Below, in pieces: positions 28,368-38,235 of a stretch of 64,000 nt of DNA. The notes below the pieces were generated by a model. It saw only the letters and a program-made list of their open reading frames with translations. It was not told the DNA's origin and did no database searches. Location: the NCBI GenBank assembly GCA_963738405.1, contig CAVTWJ010000021.1:32001-96000 (forward strand), in the 5' to 3' direction. The DNA comes from a candidate division FCPU426 bacterium. Lineage in GTDB: Bacteria; Oederibacteriota; Muellerivitia; Muellerivitales; Muellerivitaceae. How positions within the stretch are numbered: the first letter of the stretch is position 1; each line of letters opens with the position of its first letter. The position numbers and the translations under genes are program-made.

Positions 28368-29966
28368 TTAAATTACCCTTTGGTATTCGTTTAGGTCTTT
28401 TTTCCAAACCACCACCCCGCAAAAGCGCTCCCCTTCGGGACAAACGGGGATAGTTCCGGCCCGGCTTCGAAGCCCGCAGGGAGGCAATAACCACTTGCCG
28501 ATGCGGGGATGGGTTTCCCGCACCTGCTTGGCCTCATCCAACGAGGCCTTCCATATCTCTTCTTGGGCGTTGTAGCAAAGCCTCATGGCGTGCTTGTGGT
28601 GAAGATTGAGGAGGTCTGAAGATTCGGTAAACCGCACCGCCACGGCGTTAGGAAGAAGATAGGCTGCGAACTCATCCGAGACACCCATCTTTTTTAACCT
28701 GACGATTCCATCCCAGGTGCGATCCATAATTTCAGCGTATTCCTTTTTCAATGCCGGGTCCTGCTCCAGCAAGACTGGCACCAGGTAATCGGGCTCGTCC
28801 AGCGTGAGAGCGTAAAGGGCAGGGCGGGAAGCCGGGGTCATGCGGTGGCGTTGGTCCTGGGAATCCCCGGTATGGGAAAGTTTTTTTCGGAAGGTGTAGT
28901 GGGGATGGAAGAGCGCCCGGGAAAGCTTGCTGTGGGTAGTGACATTCAGGGTCTCGCCCAGGTACTTGTTTTTTCCAGGGTCCAACGCCAATTCAATGGC
29001 CTCGTCATCGGAAAGGGCGGAAGCGGGCAGGCCAAAAACCTCTCGGACTGAGGAGGCTAACATCCTCTCGCCTTCTTTTGAATAATCCACTAGCTTGGAG
29101 GTATAACCCTCCAGCGAGGCGTCGAATTCTTCCCGGAATCGCTTATGGGTCTGGGCCGAGGTTTTAAAAACTTCTTCCATCCTAAATTCGGCGGTCTGCT
29201 CGGGCTCCAGCGGCCTTTCCAATACGGCCTTGTATTCGGGGGCGATGGCCAAAACCTCCTCCACCATCTTCCCGACCACCAGCCGCTGTTCCAGGGGCGT
29301 GTCCAAAGTCTGGCAAAGGCGCCAATAACGCAAAAGGGTGAGCCCCGAGACCGTGTGGTAAAGATAGGCGAAGGCCGCCACCGGCAGTACGTAACGTGCC
29401 ACTTCCTGCGATTTTTTCTGCACCGCCCCCGAGGCCTTCTTGCCGTGGGGGTCGATCTTCTTGAAGCGGACAAAATATTCCCGCTCGACCAGGAGCTTCA
29501 GCTTTTCCGTTAGAGCTTGGTAGCTTTGGGCCTGAAAGGCCGCCGTCTCCCGGTAAATCTTCTCGGCGTCCCCCGCCAGAGGCGGAACGGCCATCTGGGT
29601 CGGGTCTACGGTGACATAACGCTGGGACACCTGCTCCGAATTGTAAAAGGGATGGCTGTGCAGGAAGCTCCAGATGAACTGGCGCGAGACGTTTTCCAGG
29701 GCGAATTGAAAGTGGGCGTGCTGGAGGGTGGTGTGGTGACCCGCCTTGTAAATGGATTTGGCCAGGTCGTCGCGCTTTTTGAGGCGCTCTTCCCGGGCGG
29801 ACCCCTCCAGCCCCGCGCCCATGACCTGCTCGGTAGTGATGATGCCCTTGCTGGAATAGCAGGTCCGAGCCGTCGCCACCGCGTTATCGAAGGGTTTGTG
29901 GAAAGCGTTGACGAGGGTGACTTTGGGGGAAGCGGAAAGAAAGGAGGATTCGGTCATTTCGGTCAT
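28368..29966 (-). CDS. thyX: Double-length (tandem-domain) flavin-dependent thymidylate synthase
   Basis: ARTCY, GHHTTLQH, VSR, QVSQRY, EVARYVLP in domain 1; QDQRHR, YLLPNA, RLCYNAQEEI in domain 2. Confidence 0.85.
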   Translation of the reverse strand: MTEMTESSFLSASPKVTLVNAFHKPFDNAVATARTCYSSKGIITTEQVMGAGLEGSAREERLKKRDDLAKSIYKAGHHTTLQHAHFQFALENVSRQFIWSFLHSHPFYNSEQVSQRYVTVDPTQMAVPPLAGDAEKIYRETAAFQAQSYQALTEKLKLLVEREYFVRFKKIDPHGKKASGAVQKKSQEVARYVLPVAAFAYLYHTVSGLTLLRYWRLCQTLDTPLEQRLVVGKMVEEVLAIAPEYKAVLERPLEPEQTAEFRMEEVFKTSAQTHKRFREEFDASLEGYTSKLVDYSKEGERMLASSVREVFGLPASALSDDEAIELALDPGKNKYLGETLNVTTHSKLSRALFHPHYTFRKKLSHTGDSQDQRHRMTPASRPALYALTLDEPDYLVPVLLEQDPALKKEYAEIMDRTWDGIVRLKKMGVSDEFAAYLLPNAVAVRFTESSDLLNLHHKHAMRLCYNAQEEIWKASLDEAKQVRETHPRIGKWLLPPCGLRSRAGTIPVCPEGERFCGVVVWKKDLNEYQRVI

Positions 29967-30136
29967 GGCCTTTTCAAAGGGGGGCTGTCAAAGCGGTTCA
30001 TTTTAACGGAGGCTTCTTCCCAAAGTCACGGGGCAAAACCCAGGCGGGCTCGGTATCTCGTCCCGTTCGGGGTTGGCCCGTTGAAAAAGGTATAATAACT
30101 CCGCCTCATCGACATCCGACTAAAGGACCCCAAGGT

Positions 30137-32029
30137 TTGGACCTTTCTTACACGAAACAAGACCGAACCCCGATCCCTCAAGCTCTCCCTTTTCCACTCG
30201 GGATGGGTGTTTTGCTTTTTCTGGTTTGCTTTGAGCTCTACCTCACCCATCTGACTCCCCTATTCATGGATGACGACTCGCCTGAAACCATCACCGCGGC
30301 CTTTAGCCTAGGGCTTCAGCACCCTCCCGGTTACGCCCTTTTATCCCTGACCCAGCGCCTCTTATGCCTCCTCCCCGTGGGAAATCCAGGCTTCCGAATC
30401 AATCTGGGTTCGGCCTGTTTGGGAGCGGCCAACACGGTTTTGATCCTCTTTTTAAGCCGGAAGATATTCCAACGGCTCATCCCCGGCGGGTTTGGACCCT
30501 TCTCCGTTTTTCCAGCCGGAATCTGCTCCCTTTGCGCGGCCCTGATCCCTGCCTTCTCACCGACCTTTTGGGAAAAATCCTTGGGAGCCAAGGGGTTCCT
30601 CTATCAGGGGGCCAGCTCCCTGGCGCTTTTGATGCTCGCCTGCCTTTTGAAGGACAGCGCTCAAGGGGGGGACAAGGATTCAAGTTCCCGCTCCAGCTCC
30701 TGGTTCCTTTTAGCCGTTCTTCTTTTTGGTCTTGGTTTTGGGTGGCATTGGGAAACCCAGGTCTTATTTATTCCTATTCTTTTCATGTTTAAAAAACCAT
30801 TCCCAAAAGACTCCCTCTTAAAACCTTGCGCGATGGGTCTCTCCTTTCTTTTAACCGGCGCCTCCGTTTTGCTTTATTTGCCGGTAAGGGCCCGCCTCCA
30901 TCCGGTTTTAGACCTGGGAGAACCGGTGAATGCGCGGCTCTTTATGGACGATTTTTTCCGTTATTACACCAGCCAGCATGATTTAGGCTTGGCTTCCACC
31001 TTTTGGGGCGTCCTGAGGGGCCAACTTCCCTGGCTTCGATTAAGTCAATTGTTCCAAACCATCCTCGACATTCAAGGGCGCGCCATCACAAGGCATCTAT
31101 GGGGGGAAATCGGGCCCGGAGTCCTCCTTTTAGCCTTGCTCGGCTTGATTGTTTGGATGAAATCCAAGGAGCGCAGAATGCTTTGGGCCCTTTCCACTCC
31201 CCTTGTTTTACTGGCATTGGCCCTCTGTTCCGCTTCCTGGATTCCCTCCGGCCCCCTGGCCGACTGGTACGTGGATAACTTCCTATTACCCTTCAATTGG
31301 GGCGCGGGGCTTTTCGCGGGAGTGGGCCTCTATGCCTTAGGGATTCGAGCGGGCGGTTTGCTTGCCTCCAAGAGCCGATGGAAATGGTTGGGAAGTTTTT
31401 TCGCCTTGGCCGTCCTGCCTCTACCCCCTCTTCTCCAACAAGAGACAGGGGCGGACCTTTCCCATCAGGTCCTTCGTTATGATTACGGGGTCAACCTCAT
31501 GAAGTCCCTGCCAAAAAATACCGTGTTTTTAGCCGAAGCGGACGAAGACTATTTCACCCTCTATTACCTTCAAATCGTTGAAAAAAAGCGCCCCGACATC
31601 TCTATGGTCCCCGCCTTTACCCTGTTCGAGACCTGGGGCGTGGAGCAGGCGGAAGGGTTTTATCCCGAGCTCGGGCTCACCGACAGGCCCCAGGCTTACC
31701 CCGACCCTTATCATCGGATCGAATCCGCCCTTTCCGAAATTGTGGGGAACAACCTCGGCCGGCGCCCCATCGGTTATTCCTATTTTGAGGGAGCCTTCCA
31801 CCGCTATTACCTTTCCAGCCATCCTTCCCTTCTAGCGGAAAAATCCGGGATCGCGCTGCTCTTGGCTCCCCCCAACCGGAAAACTATTCCCGCCCTTTCC
31901 CTGGGTCAAATCCGAGCCAGGCATTGGAGCACCAATCCTTCGAACACTCATCCCACGCTTCAAGGAATCTGGACCGTGTACAACTTGGCGGCGCAAAGCA
32001 CCCCATCCGGGCAGTCCGATGGCCATTAG
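30137..32029 (+). CDS. DUF2723/TMEM260-like membrane glycosyltransferase
   Basis: DDSPE..TAA..LGLQHPPGY, LLYLPVRA, D....F.L.YLQ.VE..RPD. Confidence 0.8.
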   Translation: MDLSYTKQDRTPIPQALPFPLGMGVLLFLVCFELYLTHLTPLFMDDDSPETITAAFSLGLQHPPGYALLSLTQRLLCLLPVGNPGFRINLGSACLGAANTVLILFLSRKIFQRLIPGGFGPFSVFPAGICSLCAALIPAFSPTFWEKSLGAKGFLYQGASSLALLMLACLLKDSAQGGDKDSSSRSSSWFLLAVLLFGLGFGWHWETQVLFIPILFMFKKPFPKDSLLKPCAMGLSFLLTGASVLLYLPVRARLHPVLDLGEPVNARLFMDDFFRYYTSQHDLGLASTFWGVLRGQLPWLRLSQLFQTILDIQGRAITRHLWGEIGPGVLLLALLGLIVWMKSKERRMLWALSTPLVLLALALCSASWIPSGPLADWYVDNFLLPFNWGAGLFAGVGLYALGIRAGGLLASKSRWKWLGSFFALAVLPLPPLLQQETGADLSHQVLRYDYGVNLMKSLPKNTVFLAEADEDYFTLYYLQIVEKKRPDISMVPAFTLFETWGVEQAEGFYPELGLTDRPQAYPDPYHRIESALSEIVGNNLGRRPIGYSYFEGAFHRYYLSSHPSLLAEKSGIALLLAPPNRKTIPALSLGQIRARHWSTNPSNTHPTLQGIWTVYNLAAQSTPSGQSDGH

Positions 32030-34244
32030 CCCTCCCCTCCAGATCAACCCCTGGAAGGCCCCCCCATCACGGGGTTTCGGGGGATATGGAACCTATGCGG
32101 CCCTGCTAGGCGTAATCATCCTAGCGATTTTTGGGGATCTGTTCTGGGGACGAAACCATTTGATTTTTTCCAATTTCGGTTCGGACCTGGTTCCTTTTTA
32201 TCTTCCCGACCGGGAATTTGGCTTTTCCCAGCTCCGCCAGGGCCACATTCCCTTTTGGAACCCCTATGTCTATTCGGGGAGCCCCTATTTCATCGATTTC
32301 CAAAACGCCCTTTTTTATCCCCCCAATTGGATTTTTCTTTTCTTGGACACACGCATCGCGATCAACACCAGTATCGTCATGCATGTTTTTATGGCCGGAT
32401 TGTTCGCGTTTCTTTGGTTCGCCCACCGGCGTTTGCATCCGGCCGCCTGTCTGCTGGGCGGCGTTGTTTTCATGCTGTGCGGGCCCTACTATCTCCAAAT
32501 TTCCGAGGGGCACCTTTCCAATTTCTGTACCATGACCTGGATTCCGTTGATCCTTTTGGCCGTCGAGGGCTGGAGGGAAAACCGCACGACCCGATGGCTG
32601 GCCCTGGGGGTCCTTTCCGTCACCCTGCAGATACTGGCGGGCCATCCCCAATATGTTTTTTACACTTTTCTGGCCGTGGGGGCCTATGGTTTGGTCCTGC
32701 TTCCCGGAACAAAAGGAAAATGGAAATTTCTGGCGGGGCTGGCTTTCTTCTACCTTTTCAGCGCCTGCCTGGTGGCGGTTCAACTGCTTCCGACCCTTTT
32801 CTCGCTTCCTGAAACGCTCCGGGGCCACGGATTCCAAATGGAAGAGGTCTATTCCTTTTCCCTTCCGCCAGAAAATATCCTGACCCTTTTTCTGCCCCAA
32901 ATTTGGGGCGGTGCCATGGATTATTTCGGAAGGGGGGATTACGGCGAAACCTCCCTTTTCATGGGGGTCACGGCCTTCTGGCTGTCCCTGACAGGCCTGT
33001 TTCTTTCTCCCAAGGAAAGCCGGATTCCATTCCTTCTGGCCTTTTTGGCCTTTTTGTTGGCGTTGGGGCCCCAAACCTTCTTATTTCGGGGGCTCTTCGA
33101 TCTCTTTCCCTTTTCCCAGGGATTCCGTGCCGCCTATCGGTTCGGGCTCTTCACTCCCTTCTTTTTGGGGATCACGGCGGTGCTGCAGCTTCACCGCCTT
33201 TTTCAAGGCGAGAAAGTGCCAAGGTTTTTGCCGCTTCTGGCCGGGGCGATGGGCGGTATCAGCCTTCTTTCCGTTCCCTTTTTCCCGGCCTTGTATATGT
33301 CGAGTCTCATCCGATTCGGCCTCTTAAGCCTTCTTTTTGCCGCCAGCCTTTGGGCGGCTGAAAAAACCAGACGCGGACGAAATTCACTTCTTTTTCTTTT
33401 GGTGCTGATCGGTTTATGTGAGCTCATCCTTTTCGCCAGGGATAACCGCCCCGTATTCGATTATCGCCAGTTTGAGGCCCGGCAATCCGCCTTGAATACC
33501 CTTTCCCTCTCGATTCCCGCGGATGCCCGAATCTACGCCCCCTTTGGGGACACCGTCGGTCCTTTCGACCAGGGGATTTGGGGCTTTAACAACATGGTGC
33601 TTTACCGATACGCCCGGTTCATTGGAGCCAGCCAGGGACTGCCCGCCTATGTCCCAATTGCCCACCCGATTCACCGGGATGGTCCCCCGCTGGGACTATT
33701 GAGATATGGTTATCGGGTGGAGGATTCCTTTAAGGGAATCCAGGCCATTCCTACCCATTTAAAGTTGATGAAAAGGGCCCAGTTCATCGATGGGTTTGAG
33801 ATAAAAAAAGGAGAAAATGAAATCATCAGCGGGCTTTTGGACAGCCGTTTCGATCCCGCGCGAAAGGTTCTTCTCGAGGAACCTCCGGTTCCCATGCCCA
33901 TTCCTTCGGCCCATTTGGGAAGGGTTGAATTGAAAGACCTTTCAACGGACGAAGTGGAAATATGGGCGGACCTGGACCATCCCTCGATCCTCTTGTTGAG
34001 CGACAGTTACTCCAAGGGATGGTCGATCCAGCCCCTGGACCCTGGCGCTCCACAGCCATACCGGATTCTCCCCGCAGACCTGACGCTCAAGGCCGTTCCC
34101 CTCACGGCGGGCCGCCACCATTTTCTGATGAGGTATATCCCTCCCTATTTCGAACTCGGGAAATGGATTTCTTTGGTTTCCCTCGCGGCTCTAGGACTCT
34201 TCTTCGCGCGGATCTTTCAATTTCCACGGGAAACCCTCGATTAA
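32019..34244 (+). CDS. YfhO-like multi-pass membrane protein, putative GT-C (third paralog)
   Basis: PFWNPYVYSGSP...QNALFYPPNW, AGHPQY, SDSYSKGW, Y.P..F..GKWIS. Confidence 0.8.
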   Translation: MAISPPLQINPWKAPPSRGFGGYGTYAALLGVIILAIFGDLFWGRNHLIFSNFGSDLVPFYLPDREFGFSQLRQGHIPFWNPYVYSGSPYFIDFQNALFYPPNWIFLFLDTRIAINTSIVMHVFMAGLFAFLWFAHRRLHPAACLLGGVVFMLCGPYYLQISEGHLSNFCTMTWIPLILLAVEGWRENRTTRWLALGVLSVTLQILAGHPQYVFYTFLAVGAYGLVLLPGTKGKWKFLAGLAFFYLFSACLVAVQLLPTLFSLPETLRGHGFQMEEVYSFSLPPENILTLFLPQIWGGAMDYFGRGDYGETSLFMGVTAFWLSLTGLFLSPKESRIPFLLAFLAFLLALGPQTFLFRGLFDLFPFSQGFRAAYRFGLFTPFFLGITAVLQLHRLFQGEKVPRFLPLLAGAMGGISLLSVPFFPALYMSSLIRFGLLSLLFAASLWAAEKTRRGRNSLLFLLVLIGLCELILFARDNRPVFDYRQFEARQSALNTLSLSIPADARIYAPFGDTVGPFDQGIWGFNNMVLYRYARFIGASQGLPAYVPIAHPIHRDGPPLGLLRYGYRVEDSFKGIQAIPTHLKLMKRAQFIDGFEIKKGENEIISGLLDSRFDPARKVLLEEPPVPMPIPSAHLGRVELKDLSTDEVEIWADLDHPSILLLSDSYSKGWSIQPLDPGAPQPYRILPADLTLKAVPLTAGRHHFLMRYIPPYFELGKWISLVSLAALGLFFARIFQFPRETLD

Positions 34245-34331
34245 AAGCGCCGTGGTTTAAAGGCCCTCTTGCTTCGGTTGTTCCAAGGCTTTTAAGATGA
34301 TTTTAAATCCATTCAAAAGGCATCAATAATT

Positions 34332-35765
34332 ATGTCTTCCAAACCAGAGACTTTAGGCGCACTTCGGGCGGCCTCCTATCCTGATCGATCCATCAAGGAA
34401 GAGCTGGAGCACAACCTGCTCAAGCATCTGAAGACGGGACAACCCCTCTTTCCGGAGATTCACGGCTACGAGGAAACGGTGGTGCCCCAGCTCATCAACG
34501 CCATCCTGTCCCATCACGACATGGTGTTTTTGGGGGAAAAAGGACAAGCCAAAAGCCGCCTCATGCGGTCCCTGACTCAGTTTTTGGATGAGGAAATCCC
34601 TGTCGTGAAGGGCTGTGAGATTCACGACCATCCCTATCACCCCATCTGCGCGGCCTGCCGGAAGAAACAAAAGGAAAAGGGCGACAACCTGGAGATCGAA
34701 TGGGTTGGCAGGGATTCGCGCTACGGCGAGCGCCTTTCCCCCGGCACCAAGATCGCCGACTTGATCGGCGACCTGGACCCGGCCAAGGTAGCCGCGGGCA
34801 ACCCCTTGGCCAGCGAGGAAGCCATCCATTTCGGCCTGATCCCCCGCATGAACCGGGGCATCTTCGCCGTGAACGAACTGCCCGACTTGGAATACCTGGT
34901 TCAGGTGGCGCTCTTCAATATTTTGGAGGAAAGGGACATCCAGGTTCGGGGCTACCCCATCCGTTTCGACCTGGACCTGCTTTTACTTTTCACTGCCAAT
35001 CCGGAAGAATACACCCGCGCGGGCAAGATCATCACCCAGCTCAAGGACCGCATCGGAGCCGAAATCCGGACCCACTACCCCCTCACCCGGGAACTGGGCA
35101 TCAAGATCATGGAACAGGAAGCCCACCTGCCCCAGGATGATGAGGTCAAGCTGACCATCCCCGATTTCATGACCCAGATTATCGAGCAAATCACCTTGGA
35201 AGCCCGAAAGAGCCCCTACGTGAACCAGAAATCGGGCGTGTCAGCCCGTCTCTCGATCGCCAATTACGAAACCATGGTGGCCAATTCCAGGCGCCGGGCC
35301 TATGTGCTGGGTGAAAAGGAAGCGGTCCCCCGTATGTCGGACTTGGCTTACCTTTACACCTCCACCTCGGGAAAAATTGAGCTGGACCCCTTCCGCGAGG
35401 AAACCGTCACCGAATTCCAGGTTTTCTCCAAGCTCATGGACAAAGCGGTGGCACAGGTGTTCAAGGAACATATGGATGCGGCCCATCTGGAGGCGGGCGT
35501 GCCCGATTTAAGCGGCGAGAAGCATATTCGCGTGTCCGACCTCACCCCCGCCAACCAGTACAAAGACGTCATTTCACAGCTGCCCCAGATCTGGGAGCCG
35601 GTCCATCACCTGGCCGATAAGAAATCGGAAGTGTACCAAGCTTCCTGCGTGGAATTTGTGCTGGAAGGTCTTCACCTTACCGGGAAATTATCGCGAGCCA
35701 AGGTGGGGGAATTTTTCGACTACCAGCCCACCGCAACCCCTAAGAAAAAAGCCGACAGATCTTAG
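34332..35765 (+). CDS. AAA+ ATPase, ChlI/MoxR-like ('magnesium chelatase'-annotated type)
   Basis: GEKGQAKS Walker A, DLIGDLDP, FAVNELPDL, FTANPEEY, LKDRIG. Confidence 0.85.
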   Translation: MSSKPETLGALRAASYPDRSIKEELEHNLLKHLKTGQPLFPEIHGYEETVVPQLINAILSHHDMVFLGEKGQAKSRLMRSLTQFLDEEIPVVKGCEIHDHPYHPICAACRKKQKEKGDNLEIEWVGRDSRYGERLSPGTKIADLIGDLDPAKVAAGNPLASEEAIHFGLIPRMNRGIFAVNELPDLEYLVQVALFNILEERDIQVRGYPIRFDLDLLLLFTANPEEYTRAGKIITQLKDRIGAEIRTHYPLTRELGIKIMEQEAHLPQDDEVKLTIPDFMTQIIEQITLEARKSPYVNQKSGVSARLSIANYETMVANSRRRAYVLGEKEAVPRMSDLAYLYTSTSGKIELDPFREETVTEFQVFSKLMDKAVAQVFKEHMDAAHLEAGVPDLSGEKHIRVSDLTPANQYKDVISQLPQIWEPVHHLADKKSEVYQASCVEFVLEGLHLTGKLSRAKVGEFFDYQPTATPKKKADRS

Positions 35766-35780
35766 GAACTTTGAGGACTC

Positions 35781-37529
35781 ATGATTACCCACGACTATTT
35801 TGAATGGCGAGAGCCCGACGAGCCTCCTTTCACCATGCAGGACCTGGTGGACGCGGTGAAGGACCTCATGATGCAGTACCACGTCACCTTTGACGAGGCC
35901 CTGCGCCACCTGCAGGAACGCGGCATTCCCTACAACCAATTTCTCAAAATGAGCGGTCTGGAACAGCTCATCCAAGGTTTTAAGAACGAGCTTCAAAAAC
36001 AAAAATCGGCCCTATTGGATCAATACCGTTTGGACGAGCTTTTGACCAGGCTGGAGGAGGAAATCCGGAGAGCCAAGACCTCCCTCGACCAGATATCCTC
36101 GAAGTGGAAAGACAAAAGCCTCCGGGACCAACTACAGGATTCCATGGGCCGCCGCGACCCCTCTTCCCTTTTCGGGATGGACTGGAAGATTTCCCGGTCC
36201 GGTGAAAAGGACGCAGGAGAAACCCGCCGCCAGCTGGAAGACCTGGTTCGCAAAATCCAACAGCTGCAAGCCCTAAGGGAACTCTACGAAAAATACGAAT
36301 TCACCGGACCGAAAACCCCCACCTCCCAGGAAGCCGAAAGAATAAGGGAGAAGCTCCAACAGCTCCAGGATCTGGAGGACAAGCTCCAGGACGCTCTGGA
36401 ATACGGGGACCTCTTCAACTTGGAAGCCGAAAGCCTGGAACAGATATTAGGCAAGGAAGCCGCCGAAGCCTTCGCGGCCAAAAGGGACGAACTGAAACAG
36501 CAATTTACCGAGGCTCTCAAGTCCACCGGCGATGTGGACTACAACGAGGAAGAGGATATCTACAAAATCACGCCCGGCGCCGCCCGCAAGATCGGCGAAA
36601 AGGCCCTGAAAGAGGTTTATTCCCGGCTTTTCACCGACGGCGTGGGCCGCCACCACGCCACCTACACCGGCGACGGCAATGTGGAAATGACCACCACCAA
36701 GCCCTTCGAGTTTGGGGATTCCCTGACCTCACTCGACCTTCCCTCCAGCCTCCTGAACTCCGCCATTCGGCAGTTGGGTTCGCCTTTAGCTCCGGAAGCA
36801 GGAAAAATCCACATCGACAGCCGGGATTTTATGGTACACGAAACCAAGGGGGCGGCCTCCACCGCCATTGTCATGCTGATTGACCAAAGCGGCTCCATGT
36901 CCCGTTTCGGGCGCTTTTTCAACGCCAAAAAACTGGCCCTGGCCCTGGATGCCTTGATCCGAACCGAATACCCGGAGGACAAGCTGTCTTTTATTTGTTT
37001 TTCCACCTTCGCCAAACCAGTCGGGGTGGGCGCCATCCCCGAACTTTCCCCCAAGCCCGTGACCATGATGGGCGGGGCGGTCAATTTGAGAATTGATTTT
37101 TCTAGGGAAGGCGCCGAACGCCAAAAGGCCATGATTCCGGAGCATTTCACCAATTTGCAAAAGGGTCTGGAACTGGCGCGGGTAAAGCTGGCGAACTCCG
37201 ACACCCGAAACAAGAGCATCCTCCTGATCACCGATGGCGCCCCCACGGCTTTTTACGAAGGGTCCTGTCTTTATCTGACCTACCCACCCAACGAACGAAC
37301 CTACGAGGCCACGATGCGGGAAGTACGCCGGGTGACTGACGACAAGATCACCATCAACACCTTCATGATGGGCAACGAGATGGATGGGGGCTTTTTCGGG
37401 GAGGGTGATTTTTTGGAGCAGATGCATAAGGTCAACCAAGGGCGCCTCATCTATCCGGCGCCCGATAAATTGACCCAATATGTTTTGAAGGATTACCTGG
37501 ATCACAAGAACAAGATCATCCAGATCTGA
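35781..37529 (+). CDS. VWA-domain protein with a coiled-coil N-terminus (partner of the ATPase)
   Basis: MIDAS DQSGSM, TNL..GL, ITDG.PT. Confidence 0.85.
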   Translation: MITHDYFEWREPDEPPFTMQDLVDAVKDLMMQYHVTFDEALRHLQERGIPYNQFLKMSGLEQLIQGFKNELQKQKSALLDQYRLDELLTRLEEEIRRAKTSLDQISSKWKDKSLRDQLQDSMGRRDPSSLFGMDWKISRSGEKDAGETRRQLEDLVRKIQQLQALRELYEKYEFTGPKTPTSQEAERIREKLQQLQDLEDKLQDALEYGDLFNLEAESLEQILGKEAAEAFAAKRDELKQQFTEALKSTGDVDYNEEEDIYKITPGAARKIGEKALKEVYSRLFTDGVGRHHATYTGDGNVEMTTTKPFEFGDSLTSLDLPSSLLNSAIRQLGSPLAPEAGKIHIDSRDFMVHETKGAASTAIVMLIDQSGSMSRFGRFFNAKKLALALDALIRTEYPEDKLSFICFSTFAKPVGVGAIPELSPKPVTMMGGAVNLRIDFSREGAERQKAMIPEHFTNLQKGLELARVKLANSDTRNKSILLITDGAPTAFYEGSCLYLTYPPNERTYEATMREVRRVTDDKITINTFMMGNEMDGGFFGEGDFLEQMHKVNQGRLIYPAPDKLTQYVLKDYLDHKNKIIQI

Positions 37530-37533
37530 AGAG

Positions 37534-38235
37534 TTACCCGGCGTAATCCATGGCGTGGTACAGCCTGCCGCTTCCTTCTTTTTCTTCCAAAAGCACCGGC
37601 ACAAGGGCTCCCGGCAGGACTTTATCGGGATCGTTGGGCGCGTTGGGTCCGCCCAGGTCCGTGCGAAGCCAACCCGGATCCATTAAATTCATCAAGACAC
37701 CTGTGCCTTCGAGGGTCTTGACCAGGTCGCGCACATAACGGTCCAATGCGGCCTTGGAACAGCTGTAGGGCATTAGTTCGGGCTGGTCGGCGATCCCCGA
37801 AGTCACGTTCACCACCCGGCCCCATTTTCTTTCAACCATTTTGGAGATAAATGCGTTACAGATCAGGGCCGGCACTGTCGAATTCACGAGGAAACTTTGG
37901 GTATATTCCTCCGCGGTGGCGCCGTACTTGTTTTCGCGCCACTTCGTCATGACGGCGGCGTTGTTATAAAGAATGTCGATGTGATCCCCCGAAATCCGTT
38001 TGGCCTCGGCGATTAAATGTTCCACCTGTTTGAGGTCGGATAGTTCGGCGGCCACCGCGTGAGCTTCCATGCCCTTGGCTTTCAGGTCTTCCAATAACTT
38101 CTTGGTCCCTTCCAGGTTTCGGCTTTGCAAAATCAATTTACACCCTTGATCCGCCAGGGCTTTCGTAACCCGGACCCCCACGCCACGGCTCGCGCCGGTC
38201 AATAAGACCCATTTGTTTTTTATATTCACCGTCAT
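37534..38235 (-). CDS. SDR family oxidoreductase
   Basis: TGASRGVG, NNAA, YSCSK, PGWLRTD. Confidence 0.9.
   Translation of the reverse strand: MTVNIKNKWVLLTGASRGVGVRVTKALADQGCKLILQSRNLEGTKKLLEDLKAKGMEAHAVAAELSDLKQVEHLIAEAKRISGDHIDILYNNAAVMTKWRENKYGATAEEYTQSFLVNSTVPALICNAFISKMVERKWGRVVNVTSGIADQPELMPYSCSKAALDRYVRDLVKTLEGTGVLMNLMDPGWLRTDLGGPNAPNDPDKVLPGALVPVLLEEKEGSGRLYHAMDYAG

Noticed and set aside
32121..33074. 317-aa antisense ORF and other long overlapping ORFs (e.g. 58140..59009, 36786..37604, 12263..13027)
   Set aside because: They lie opposite well-supported genes and have no motifs; expected in GC-rich coding DNA
34332..35765. True magnesium chelatase / photosynthesis gene
   Set aside because: No bch/chl genes nearby; the AAA+/VWA pairing is widespread in non-phototrophs
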